Assembly: GCA_038230835.1 (NCBI GenBank)
Contig: JBBRMM010000008.1
Location: forward strand, 4,721 to 68,720
Length of the DNA: 64,000 nucleotides
Direction: 5' to 3'
Source of the DNA: Gaiellales bacterium
GTDB lineage: Bacteria; Actinomycetota; Thermoleophilia; Gaiellales; JAICJC01
Within the stretch, counting starts at the first letter, position 1. Every line of letters starts with the position of its first letter. This document shows, in pieces, positions 24,353 to 32,937 of this stretch. The notes under the pieces were generated by a model. The model was not told the origin of the DNA. It made no database searches and was given only the letters and a program-made list of their open reading frames with translations. The position numbers were made by a program, and so were the translations under genes.

Positions 24353-25612
24353 TCAGGCACCGGATGGAGCCCCGAGCGCGGGGACGAGGGGGCGCTGTTG
24401 CCAGTGGGTAAGTGCAACGGTGAGGCCGCTGGCGGCGGTGAGCGCGGCGACGATGGTGATGGCAGCCTGGGGGCTGGCGAGGTCGGCGCCGATGCCGGCG
24501 ATGAGCGCGCCAAGCACGAAGCCGAAGTCGCGCCAGAAGCGGTAGACGCCGACCACGCGGGCGCGGTCGCGCGGCTGGCTGGCGTCCGAGACGGCGGCGA
24601 TCAGCGTCGGATAGACCATGGCGGTGCCGGCGCCGAGCAGAACCGCGGCCACCAGGGATGGCAGGAACGCTCCCCCGCCGGCGACGAGGAGCCCGAGCGC
24701 CGCGGCCTGAATGAGCATGCCGATCGTAATCAGCGGTTTCCGTCCGGTGTGGTCGCTAAGCCAACCCGTGAAGAGCTGCCCGGCGCCCCACACCACCGGG
24801 TAGGCAGCGGCAACGACCGCGATCTGGCGCACGCTGGCGCCGTTTGCTGCCAGGAACAGCGGCGCCAGGCCCCAAGCGAGCGCGTCGTTGAGGTTGTTCA
24901 CGAGACCAGCCTGGCTGCACGCCCGCAGCACCGGGTCATGCCAGGTCGCTTGCACAAACGCGCTTCGTAGTGTGTGCGCTGGCGCCGTTGAGTCGTGGTC
25001 GCGCTGCTCGAGCGCGACGTGGGCATGGGTATCGCGCACCCAGACCTGCGAGACAAGCAATCCGGTTGCGGCGATCAGGGCGGCGCCTACCCATACGACT
25101 GTACGCGGCGCGTAAGTGGCGGCAAGCGCGCCGGTAGTGAATGCTGTAGCGGCGACGCCCAGATAGCCGGCGGCCTCGTTCAGGCCAAGCGCCAACCCAC
25201 GCCGGGCGGGGCCGGCCAGGTCGATCTTCATCACCACTGTCATCGACCAGGCCAAGCCCTGATTGACGCCCAGCAGCAGGTTCGCGGCGACGATGAAGCC
25301 CCAGCTCGGTGCGAAGCCAATCAGGAGCGGTATCGGCAGGGCGACCAGCCAGCCGATCACCAGCAGCCGCTTCCGACCGACGCGTTCGGCCAGGCCGCCG
25401 GCGGCCAGGTTGGTGATCGCCTTGGCGGCACCGAACGCAAGAACGAACGTGAGAATCGCGGTCGTGGAGTGCAGCCCGAAGTCGTGCTGGCCGACCAGTG
25501 GTAGGACGCTTCGCTCCAGGCCGACCATCCCCCCTACCAGCGCGTTGAGCGCCACCAACAGCGTGAACTGGGCAGCGTTCTCGCGCAGGCCGAGCCGAAC
25601 GGGTACGGTCAT
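24353..25612 (-). CDS. MFS transporter
   Basis: 419-aa ORF with 12 TM helices and GGLAERVGRKRLL. ATGA overlap with the upstream PDO gene. Confidence 0.85.
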   Translation of the reverse strand: MTVPVRLGLRENAAQFTLLVALNALVGGMVGLERSVLPLVGQHDFGLHSTTAILTFVLAFGAAKAITNLAAGGLAERVGRKRLLVIGWLVALPIPLLIGFAPSWGFIVAANLLLGVNQGLAWSMTVVMKIDLAGPARRGLALGLNEAAGYLGVAATAFTTGALAATYAPRTVVWVGAALIAATGLLVSQVWVRDTHAHVALEQRDHDSTAPAHTLRSAFVQATWHDPVLRACSQAGLVNNLNDALAWGLAPLFLAANGASVRQIAVVAAAYPVVWGAGQLFTGWLSDHTGRKPLITIGMLIQAAALGLLVAGGGAFLPSLVAAVLLGAGTAMVYPTLIAAVSDASQPRDRARVVGVYRFWRDFGFVLGALIAGIGADLASPQAAITIVAALTAASGLTVALTHWQQRPLVPALGAPSGA

Positions 25613-26364
25613 GCCGGCGTGCTGGTCGCGCCTCGGCGATTGGCAGCAACGATCCGCGCCTGCTCGGGCGGCGCCGGCGGCGTGTCCTTGACCAGTGCCT
25701 CGGCAAACGCGTCGGCATCCGTGAAGGAGAGCATCTCGTTGTGCGCGCGCTCAAAGCCGATCGAGGAGACGGGGTTGCCGGACAGTCCCCGGCCGCACGC
25801 CGACCCGGCGTAGTGGCTCGGGAACACGACGACGTAGTCGGGCAGCTCGAGCAAACGCCGTAGCGACGCATGCAGCTCCCGCGACTGACCGAGCGCATCG
25901 CCGGCCACATGCAGATCTGGACGGCCGACATCGCCGATCAGCAGCGAGTCGCCCGTGAACACCAGCCACGGCTCCTCCGTCCCCCGCCGCAGATCCGACA
26001 CCGCATAAGCATGGTGTGTAGGCGCGTGGCCGGGCGTTGCGATCGCCGTCACCCGCGTGTTGCCCAGCTCAACCACGGCGCCATCTTCTAGCGGCGTGTG
26101 CTCGAACTCGACGCCCGCACCGACCGGGAGGTACGCCGTCGCGCCGGTGCGCTCCACCAGCTCGGGCAGCCCCGAAACGTGGTCTGCCTGGACGTGGGTC
26201 TCGAACACAGCCACGATCGGCTGACCCACAGCCTCGGCCGAAGCGACGTAGCGATCGACCAGATCGGCATGCGGGTCGACCACCGCCAACGTGCCGTGCG
26301 TCGTGCACCCAAACAGGTAGCTCGCACACGACGTGGCGTCGTTCAGGAAGGGCCGCAGCAACAT
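25609..26364 (-). CDS. MBL-fold persulfide-dioxygenase-like hydrolase (ETHE1/Blh type)
   Basis: 251-aa ORF with SYLFGC...AVVDP, ETHVQADHVSG (HxHxDH) and TPGHAPTHHAY. Confidence 0.8.
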   Translation of the reverse strand: MLLRPFLNDATSCASYLFGCTTHGTLAVVDPHADLVDRYVASAEAVGQPIVAVFETHVQADHVSGLPELVERTGATAYLPVGAGVEFEHTPLEDGAVVELGNTRVTAIATPGHAPTHHAYAVSDLRRGTEEPWLVFTGDSLLIGDVGRPDLHVAGDALGQSRELHASLRRLLELPDYVVVFPSHYAGSACGRGLSGNPVSSIGFERAHNEMLSFTDADAFAEALVKDTPPAPPEQARIVAANRRGATSTPA

Positions 26365-27029
26365 CAGGCAGCCCCTTCAACCGGAAGTCCTGCACGCCGC
26401 CACTCCGGGAAACCAACATCCAACCGCCGCGCGCGAACACCACGCGCCCGCAGCAGCCGCACCGCGTCATCCGCATACACGCAGTAAGGCCCGCGGCAGT
26501 ACGCGATCACCTCACCCCGCCGCGTTAGCTTCGGCAGCCCTGATTGGAGCGTCCCGATGGGCGCTGAGATCGCGCCGGCGATGTGGCCAGCGTCGTACTC
26601 CGCCTCCGGCCGCACGTCAAGCACCACCACCTGGCCGCGAGCCACCCGCTCGGCAAGCTCCGCGGCCGACACCTGCTCGATTCCGTCTCGATCGCCCAGG
26701 TACTCACCTGCAAGCACCGCGACCTCCGCCACATGATGAGCCGCCACATCCCGCACCGCCGCCCACAGATCCGCCACCCGATCGCTCGCCAAGCGATACA
26801 CCACCCGAGCACCGTCGCGACGCGACCGAACCAGACCCGACCGGGCCAAGAGCCGCAGGTGGTGCGACGTGTTGGCGAGACTCTGGCCGACCTCACCCGC
26901 CACCTCATCCACCGACCGCTCACCCTGGGCCAACACATCCACGATCTCCGCCCGCCGCCCACTGCCCAACGCCTGCGCCACCGACGCAAACGCGTCAAAC
27001 AGGGCATCCTTGGCCACACGGTCACTCAT
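26364..27029 (-). CDS. ArsR-family regulator fused to a rhodanese domain (BigR-like context)
   Basis: 221-aa ORF with wHTH ...SVDEVAGEVGQSLANTSHHLRLLARSGLVRSRRDGARVVYRL, then rhodanese VVLDVRPEAEYDAGHIAGA...IAYCRGPYC. Confidence 0.85.
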   Translation of the reverse strand: MSDRVAKDALFDAFASVAQALGSGRRAEIVDVLAQGERSVDEVAGEVGQSLANTSHHLRLLARSGLVRSRRDGARVVYRLASDRVADLWAAVRDVAAHHVAEVAVLAGEYLGDRDGIEQVSAAELAERVARGQVVVLDVRPEAEYDAGHIAGAISAPIGTLQSGLPKLTRRGEVIAYCRGPYCVYADDAVRLLRARGVRARRLDVGFPEWRRAGLPVEGAA

Positions 27030-27139
27030 ATAATCAAACTATCACTTGAACCCAAGATCGTCAAACCGGCGGCCGGGTGAGAGCCGTCACCCCTGCGGGG
27101 AGGGCGCCGCCGGGGGCGCAGACTGACTGCTGTCCCCGC

Positions 27140-27206
27140 GGTTGAGCCAAACTCGCCCGGTCTTGAAAACCGGCACAAAGCGGCCGATCTGAAGGCCGGT
27201 TTGGAC
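27140..27206. repeat. Structured intergenic repeat, copy C
   Basis: GGTTGAGCCAAACTCGCCCGGTCTTGAAAACCGGCACAAAGCGGCCGATCTGAAGGCCGGTTTGGAC. Closing stem CCAAAC/GTTTGG, with hairpins CCGGT-CTTGAAA-ACCGG and CGGCC-GATCTGAA-GGCCG. Confidence 0.5.
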
Positions 27207-27301
27207 GGAAAATCTGAGCTGGTGCCCCCATAGTGCCCCCACGGGAATCACTGACGCTTCAGCTACACCAGGTTTCCCGCTTAACCAACCCGCAAACAGC
27301 A

Positions 27302-27347
27302 AGCCCTCTAACGGACTCGAACCGTTGACCCCTTCCTTACCATGGAA
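27302..27347 (-). other. tRNA 3'-half-like fragment (anticodon arm, T arm and 3' acceptor strand; no matching 5' half)
   Basis: Reverse strand reads TTCC-ATGGTAA-GGAA G GGGTC AACGG-TTCGAGT-CCGTT AGAGGGC T. The T arm is canonical, but no upstream GCCCTCT is present to close an acceptor stem. Confidence 0.3.
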
Positions 27348-27648
27348 TCGATCGCTTACGCTCGACAGGCCCGCACTACTTCGATGTTAGCAAGCAACTA
27401 TCAGCCACATCGACGGTTTCCTCCTGAAGGGCGACTTCCTTGACGGGATTATGCGATCGTTACGGTGGCGGCTGGGGAGTAGCCTGTTTGGCCGCCCGCG
27501 GTGCGGCGGTAGCGCGCGCGAAACTGCCATGTGCCTTTGGCGAGCGTCGTTGAGGTTGACGTGGTGGTCTGGTCGACTCGGATTCCACCATCGCGGGCGT
27601 AAGATCCTCTTGTCGCAATTCGCAGGGTACCGGCCGAAGGAGCGTCAC

Positions 27649-30108
27649 GTGATCCTCCAGCAGTACTACCTTGGCTGCCTCGCGCACGCCTCCTATCTGA
27701 TCGCCGACCTGCAGAGCGGCGTGGCTGCGGTCGTCGATCCTCAGCGCGACGTCGACCAGTACCTGACCGACGCTCGCCGGGCGGGCGTTCGCATCGAGCA
27801 CGTCTTCCTGACGCATTTCCACGCCGACTTCCTGGCCGGCCATCTCGAGCTGCGCGACCGCGCGGGAGCGAAGATCTATCTGGGCCGAAGCGCCCAGGCC
27901 GAATACGAGTTCACGCCGGTGGGAGATGGCGATGTTGTCGAGTTGGGCTCGCAGGTGCGACTCCAGGTGCTGGAAACGCCCGGCCACTCGCCCGAATCGA
28001 TCTCGATCCTGGTATTCGATCTGACTGAGGACGCTAAGGCCCCGGCGGCGGTGCTGACCGGCGACACGCTCTTTATCGGCGATGTCGGCCGACCTGACTT
28101 GCGCGCCTCGCTGGGCTGGAGCGCGCAAGAGCTCGGCAGCATGCTTTTTGACTCGCTGCGCGACAAGCTGCTGCCGCTGCCCGACGCGACCCTTGTCTAC
28201 CCTGCGCACGGGGCGGGTTCGCTGTGTGGCAAGCACCTCAGCAGCGACACCGTCTCGACGATCGGCGAGCAGCGCTTGCACAACTACGCCCTGCAACCCA
28301 CCAGCCGCGACGAGTTCATCCGCATCGTCACTGCTGATCAGCCGGAGACGCCGAGTTACTTCTCGTACGACGCGGTCCTGAACGCCCAGGAGCACCCGAC
28401 GCTTGAGAAGGCGCTCGAGCGCGGGCTGCGTCCGCTCACGCTGGAGCAGACGCTCGAGGCAAAGTCGGCCGGCGCCCAGATCCTCGACACCCGCGATCCG
28501 GCCGACTTCGCGGGCGCGCACCTGGCCGGTAGCATCAATATTGGGCTGGGCGGAAGCTACGCGACGTGGTGCGGCACGCTGCTCGATCGAGAGCGGCCGG
28601 TGGTGGTCGTGACCGACCTTGGCCGCGAACTGGAGTCGGCTATGCGGCTGGGCAGGATCGGGTTCGACATCGTGGCCGGCTACCTCGGCCGCGGGTTGCT
28701 GGCGCTGGAGGGCCACCCCGACCTCGTCGCGAGCGCCGAGCGGGTCACCGCGAGCGCGCTTGAGGAGCAGCTCCTCTCGCCGGCCCCGCCAGTGTTGCTC
28801 GACGTCCGGTCGCAGCTCGAGTGGGACGAGAAGCACGTCGACGGGAGCATCAACGTTCCGCTGGCGCACCTGGCGGACCGGATCGACGAGCTGCCACACG
28901 ACCGCCTCATGGTCACACAGTGCTCAAGCGGCTACCGCTCCTCGATCGCCGCCAGCATCCTGCTCGCGCAGGGATTAACGCAGGTCGAGGACATGGTCGG
29001 CGGCCTCGACGCCTGGGTGTCGTCGGGGCTCGAGACGGTGCAGCCAGTCGGCGTCCGGCACCTGATCCTGCACCGCGAGGATCCGCACAACGCGGAGGCG
29101 CCGGTCGCGCTCCTGTGCGGATCCACCGTCACCGCATCCGAGACGTTCTTCGTCCGCAACCACGGGCCTGTGCCGGTGGTCGACGCCGGCGCTTACCGGC
29201 TGACGTTGGCCGGCGCCGTATCGCGGCCGCTAGCGCTTTCGATCGGCGAGCTGCGGGAGCAATTTGCGCACACCACGGTGACCGCCACGATCGCATGCGC
29301 CGGCAACCGCCGCGGCGAGTTGAACAGCTTCGCGCACGTACCCGACGCGATCCCGTGGGGCGCCGGCGCGATTGGCACCGCGACCTGGACCGGGATCCGC
29401 CTCGGCGACCTGCTCGAAGCGGTCGGGCCGACGGACGACGCCCGCCACGTCGCATTCGTGGGGCTCGATCAGGTCGAGGCCGAGGGCGGGCTCGCCTCCT
29501 TTGCAGGCTCGATCCCGCTCAAGAAGGCGCTTTCGCCGGAGGTACTGCTCGCCTACGAAATGAACGGCGCGCCCCTACCGGCCGAGCACGGCTTCCCGCT
29601 GCGCGCCATCATCCCCGGCTATATCGGCGCTCGCAGCGTGAAATGGCTCTCGGCCATCTCGGTGCAACCCGCGCCCTCGGCCAGCTTCTTCCAGATCACC
29701 GACTATGCACTCGACGGCGAACCGCTGGGCGAACTGCCGCTCAACTCGGTGGTATGCCGGCCGGCGTCTGGCGATACCGTCTCCGGTCCCTCGATTGTGG
29801 CGGAGGGCTACGCGCTGGCCGGCGGGCCGCGCTCGGTGGAGCGGGTCGAGGCGTCGCTCGACGGCGGCGTGACCTGGATACCGGCGTCGCTGGCGGCCAG
29901 TCGCGAGCCGTGGGCATGGCGTTTGTGGAGGGTGGAGCTGGAAATCCCGGAGGGTTCCTGCGAGCTGATCGTGCGGGCCTTTGACTCGGCGTCCGGCGGA
30001 CAGCCCGAGGCGCTTGCCAGCGTCTGGAACCCCCGCGGCTACATGAACAACGCCTGGCACCGGGTGTCGTTCGACGTCGCCCCAGTCGGCCGCATCACGG
30101 CCGCCTGA
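27649..30108 (+). CDS. Fusion protein: persulfide dioxygenase (MBL fold), rhodanese (inactive), rhodanese (CSSGYRS), and sulfite-oxidase-type molybdopterin domain
   Basis: ORF 27451..30108, trimmed to GTG 27649 (GAAGGAG RBS 7 nt upstream). Motifs: LTHFHADFLAGH, TPGHSPES, MVTQCSSGYRSS, FFVRNHGPVPV, IACAGNRRGE, LLAYEMNGAPLPAEHGFPLRAIIPGYIGARSVKWL. Confidence 0.85.
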   Translation: MILQQYYLGCLAHASYLIADLQSGVAAVVDPQRDVDQYLTDARRAGVRIEHVFLTHFHADFLAGHLELRDRAGAKIYLGRSAQAEYEFTPVGDGDVVELGSQVRLQVLETPGHSPESISILVFDLTEDAKAPAAVLTGDTLFIGDVGRPDLRASLGWSAQELGSMLFDSLRDKLLPLPDATLVYPAHGAGSLCGKHLSSDTVSTIGEQRLHNYALQPTSRDEFIRIVTADQPETPSYFSYDAVLNAQEHPTLEKALERGLRPLTLEQTLEAKSAGAQILDTRDPADFAGAHLAGSINIGLGGSYATWCGTLLDRERPVVVVTDLGRELESAMRLGRIGFDIVAGYLGRGLLALEGHPDLVASAERVTASALEEQLLSPAPPVLLDVRSQLEWDEKHVDGSINVPLAHLADRIDELPHDRLMVTQCSSGYRSSIAASILLAQGLTQVEDMVGGLDAWVSSGLETVQPVGVRHLILHREDPHNAEAPVALLCGSTVTASETFFVRNHGPVPVVDAGAYRLTLAGAVSRPLALSIGELREQFAHTTVTATIACAGNRRGELNSFAHVPDAIPWGAGAIGTATWTGIRLGDLLEAVGPTDDARHVAFVGLDQVEAEGGLASFAGSIPLKKALSPEVLLAYEMNGAPLPAEHGFPLRAIIPGYIGARSVKWLSAISVQPAPSASFFQITDYALDGEPLGELPLNSVVCRPASGDTVSGPSIVAEGYALAGGPRSVERVEASLDGGVTWIPASLAASREPWAWRLWRVELEIPEGSCELIVRAFDSASGGQPEALASVWNPRGYMNNAWHRVSFDVAPVGRITAA

Positions 30109-30306
30109 ATCAACGGCGCCTTCCCCAATGACCTGACCGGCATCGATCGGTCGTGAGACTCAGAGGACACGGCGACGCGGGCTTTCCTAGCCTCGATTCT
30201 GCGTGGGGGCGTGGTTTGGCGTCCGGTCGGGTACGAAAATGGCCTCCTGAGCAGGCAAGACGGGCTGTATGGGCAGTCGCGATGCCTGCAGCAGGAGGTC
30301 ACCCGG

Positions 30307-31032
30307 ATGGTGAAGCATACGAAGCGGCGTCGGACGTTGCGGTTGGTGGCTGATGATGATCGGTTGGTGTCGCATGCTGGCCTGGTGGTGGTGGATGAGG
30401 TGGCTCAGCGGCTGGGCTTGGAGCGGGAGTTGACCGAGGCGGTGGGATTGGCGTATCGGTCGCAGCCGCCGGGGCGGACGCTGGTGCGTTTGGCGCAGAT
30501 GCTGATCGCTGGTGGTGATTGCGTGATGCATCTGCGTGGGTTGCGTGACCAGCCGGCCTTGTTTGCAGACCCCACCGCGCATGACTCGACCGCGTGGCGA
30601 CTCTTGGCTGAGCGGCTGGTGGGCGCGCCGTTGGCAGGCCTTGGGGCTGCGCGGGCGGCGGCGCGTGAGCGGGCCTGGCAGGCGGGTCTGCGACCGGTGA
30701 CGGTCCCGATCGACGTCGACGCGCACTTGGTGACCAGCCACACAGACGAGAAGGAGGCAGCGTTTGCGACCTATAAGCAGGGGTTCGGGTGTCACCCGTT
30801 GGTCGCTTACCTGGCCGAGACGAGTGAGGCGCTGGCCGGGGTTCTGCGGCCTGGCTGCGCGTCGGCGCTGGACGCCGAGGATCAGTTGGAGGTGGTCGAC
30901 CTGGCGCTCGAGCAGTTGCCCGCAAGCGTCTCACCCCAAGACGTCTTGGTGCGCGCCGATACCGCGGGCTACGCGAAAGGCGTGGTCGGCGGATTGTGCC
31001 GGCGCGCACAACCGCAGGTCTGGGGCACATGA
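30307..31032 (+). mobile_element. IS1380-family transposase, N-terminal fragment (truncated)
   Basis: MVKHTKRRRTLRLVADDDRLVSHAGL...PIDVDAHLVTSHTDEKEAAFATYKQGFGCHPLVAYL...LRPGCASALDAEDQLEVVDLALEQLP...VLVRADTAGY. About 240 aa are present of an expected roughly 450. The fragment ends about 90 nt from tRNA-Leu. Confidence 0.7.
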
Positions 31033-31118
31033 CCTTGCGAGCGCCTGATAGGCTGCCCGCGATTCAAGTCCTTTGGGGCGGTCTGGATGCCAGTACCAGA
31101 CTCAAGCCGTTCGAGCGA

Positions 31119-31202
31119 TGCGGATGAGAGGACTTGAACCTCCACGACCTTACGGCCACACGGACCTGAACCGTGCGCGTCTACCAATTCCGCCACATCC
31201 GC
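31119..31202 (-). tRNA. tRNA-Leu (anticodon CAG), type II with long variable arm; CCA not encoded
   Basis: Reverse strand: GCGGATG TG GCGGAATTGGTAGACGC G CACGG-TTCAGGT-CCGTG TGGCCGTAAGGTCGT GGAGG-TTCAAGT-CCTCT CATCCGC A. Confidence 0.9.
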
Positions 31203-31218
31203 GAGAGCCGGGATTCTA

Positions 31219-32415
31219 CTAGACGATCACGCGGCACGGACCGGCGAGCAGGTCTGCGACCTGCTGTCCGTCATACCCCAGCTCAGCCAAAATCTCGGCG
31301 CTGTGCTCGCCGAGCCGGGGCGGGTGCCTGCGGGCAGTCGGCTTGACGCCGTCCAGGCCGATCGGCGAGCGCACCAGCCGCAGCGGCCCCACCGTGGGGT
31401 GCTCGACCGTCTCGACCATATGTGCCGCCGGGCCGTCGAACACCTGGGGCAGCGACAGCACCGGCCCGCCGGGGACAGAGGAGCGTTCGAGCACCTGCTC
31501 CCAGTGCGCCACCGGTGCTGCCGCGACGGTGGCTGCGAGTTCCGCCATCAGCGTCTCCCGCACGGCGACTCGCTGGCGGTTGGTGCGGTAGCGGGGATCG
31601 TCGGCCAGGTCGTCACGACCGGCCGCGCGGCAGAAGCGGACGAACTGGTCATCGTTGCCGATCGCCAGGTTCACATAGCCGTCGGCGGCCTGCAGCGTCT
31701 CGTAGGGGACGATCGAGGGATGGGCATTGCCGAGCCGCTGCGGCTCGACGCCGCCGATCAGCCAATCGCCCGCGCGGTTGGCCAGCCATGCCACCTGAGC
31801 GTCGAGCAGGGACACCTCGATCGCCCGGCCCGTGCCGGTCGTCGCCCGCTCGACCAGCGCCGCCAGGATCCCGTTGCCGGCGAACAGGCCGGCCACGATA
31901 TCGGAGATGGCGACCGCCACCTTGACCGGCCGGCCGTCCGGCTCTCCCTGCATGCTCATGATCCCGCCCACACCCTGCATCACGAAGTCGTAACCGGGCT
32001 TGCCGGCGTCGGGATGGTCGTGCGGGTAGCCCCGGATCGAGCAGTAGACCACCCCCGGGTTGCTGCCGCTGAGCGCGGCGTAGTCGAGGCCGTAGCGCTC
32101 GGTCGCCCCGGGCAGGAAGTTCTCGATCACCACGTCGGCACCGGCCGCCAGCCGGGCCGCCACCTCGAGCGCCTGCGGCTGCTTGAGGTCGAGGGCGATC
32201 GAGCGTTTGCTGCGGTTAACCTGCAGGTAGTAGGCGCTCTCGCCCTCGGCGAAGGGCGGGCCCCACTGCCGGCTGCCGTCACCGCCGTCCGGCCGCTCCA
32301 CCTTGACCACGTCGGCCCCCAGGTCTCCCAGCATCATCGTGCAGTAAGGCCCGGCCAGGATCTGCGTCAGGTCCAGCACGCGGATGCCGGCAAGGGGCAG
32401 GTCGCGATCGCTCAC
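31219..32415 (-). CDS. Family III CoA-transferase (CaiB/BaiF)
   Basis: 398-aa ORF with LAGIRVLDLTQILAGPYCTMMLGDLGADVVKVERP. Confidence 0.85.
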   Translation of the reverse strand: MSDRDLPLAGIRVLDLTQILAGPYCTMMLGDLGADVVKVERPDGGDGSRQWGPPFAEGESAYYLQVNRSKRSIALDLKQPQALEVAARLAAGADVVIENFLPGATERYGLDYAALSGSNPGVVYCSIRGYPHDHPDAGKPGYDFVMQGVGGIMSMQGEPDGRPVKVAVAISDIVAGLFAGNGILAALVERATTGTGRAIEVSLLDAQVAWLANRAGDWLIGGVEPQRLGNAHPSIVPYETLQAADGYVNLAIGNDDQFVRFCRAAGRDDLADDPRYRTNRQRVAVRETLMAELAATVAAAPVAHWEQVLERSSVPGGPVLSLPQVFDGPAAHMVETVEHPTVGPLRLVRSPIGLDGVKPTARRHPPRLGEHSAEILAELGYDGQQVADLLAGPCRVIV

Positions 32416-32430
32416 GGGCGCGTACTGTAG

Positions 32431-32910
32431 TCAGGCGGGCTGCGAGGCCGCGAGCTTGTCAAGCTCGCCCAACGCCCACGAGAGGTGCTGGTCGGCCTTC
32501 ACGTTGCGCTTGGCCGCGGCCAGCTTGCCGTCGGCATCGATCAGGAACCCCGAGCGGATGATGCCGTGGTAGGTCTTGCCGTAGTTCTTCTTCTCGCCCC
32601 AGGCGCCGTATGCCTCGGCCACCTTGTGGTCACTGTCCACCAGCAGCGGGAACGGCAGCTGGAACTTCTCCTTGAAGCGGCGGTGCGACTCGATCGAGTC
32701 CGGGCTCAGTCCGAGCACCACGGCCCCCGCGCGCTCGAAGTCGGGCCATCCGTCGCGGATGTCGCAGGCCTGCCGGGTACAGCCGGCGGTGTCGTCCTTG
32801 GGGTAGAAGTAGAGCAGCACCGGCCGGCCGCGGAGCGACTCCAGCGACACCTGCTCGCCGGTGTCTGACTCGAGCGTGAAAGTGGGGGCGGGCTGTCCGG
32901 GTTCGACCAT
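32431..32910 (-). CDS. bcp: Thiol peroxidase Bcp (peroxiredoxin)
   Basis: C-terminal 159 aa of the long ORF 32431..34194, from MVEPGQPAPTF. Motif FYPKDDTAGCTRQAC. The upstream part of that ORF is antisense to an MFS gene and was rejected. Confidence 0.9.
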   Translation of the reverse strand: MVEPGQPAPTFTLESDTGEQVSLESLRGRPVLLYFYPKDDTAGCTRQACDIRDGWPDFERAGAVVLGLSPDSIESHRRFKEKFQLPFPLLVDSDHKVAEAYGAWGEKKNYGKTYHGIIRSGFLIDADGKLAAAKRNVKADQHLSWALGELDKLAASQPA

Positions 32911-32937
32911 GATCGGGGCAGTGTAGCGTCCGCGGCC

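Noticed and set aside
27245-27300. Cobalamin-riboswitch-like text (GGTTAAGCGGGAAACCTGGTG) on the minus strand
   Set aside because: The downstream consensus (..AA.TCC.., the GCCACTG B12 box) is absent, and no B12-related gene follows.
27302-27390. A complete tRNA (Thr-GGT-like) on the minus strand
   Set aside because: The T arm and anticodon arm are fine. However, the putative 5' acceptor strand (GCGGGCC) does not pair with the 3' strand (AGAGGGC), and the D loop lacks GG. It was kept only as a fragment.
27451-27648. Upstream 66 codons of the long ORF 27451..30108
   Set aside because: This stretch is Arg/Trp-rich with no homology. A GTG with a good GAAGGAG RBS at 27649 starts exactly at the conserved PDO N-terminus (ILQQYYLGCLAHASYLI).
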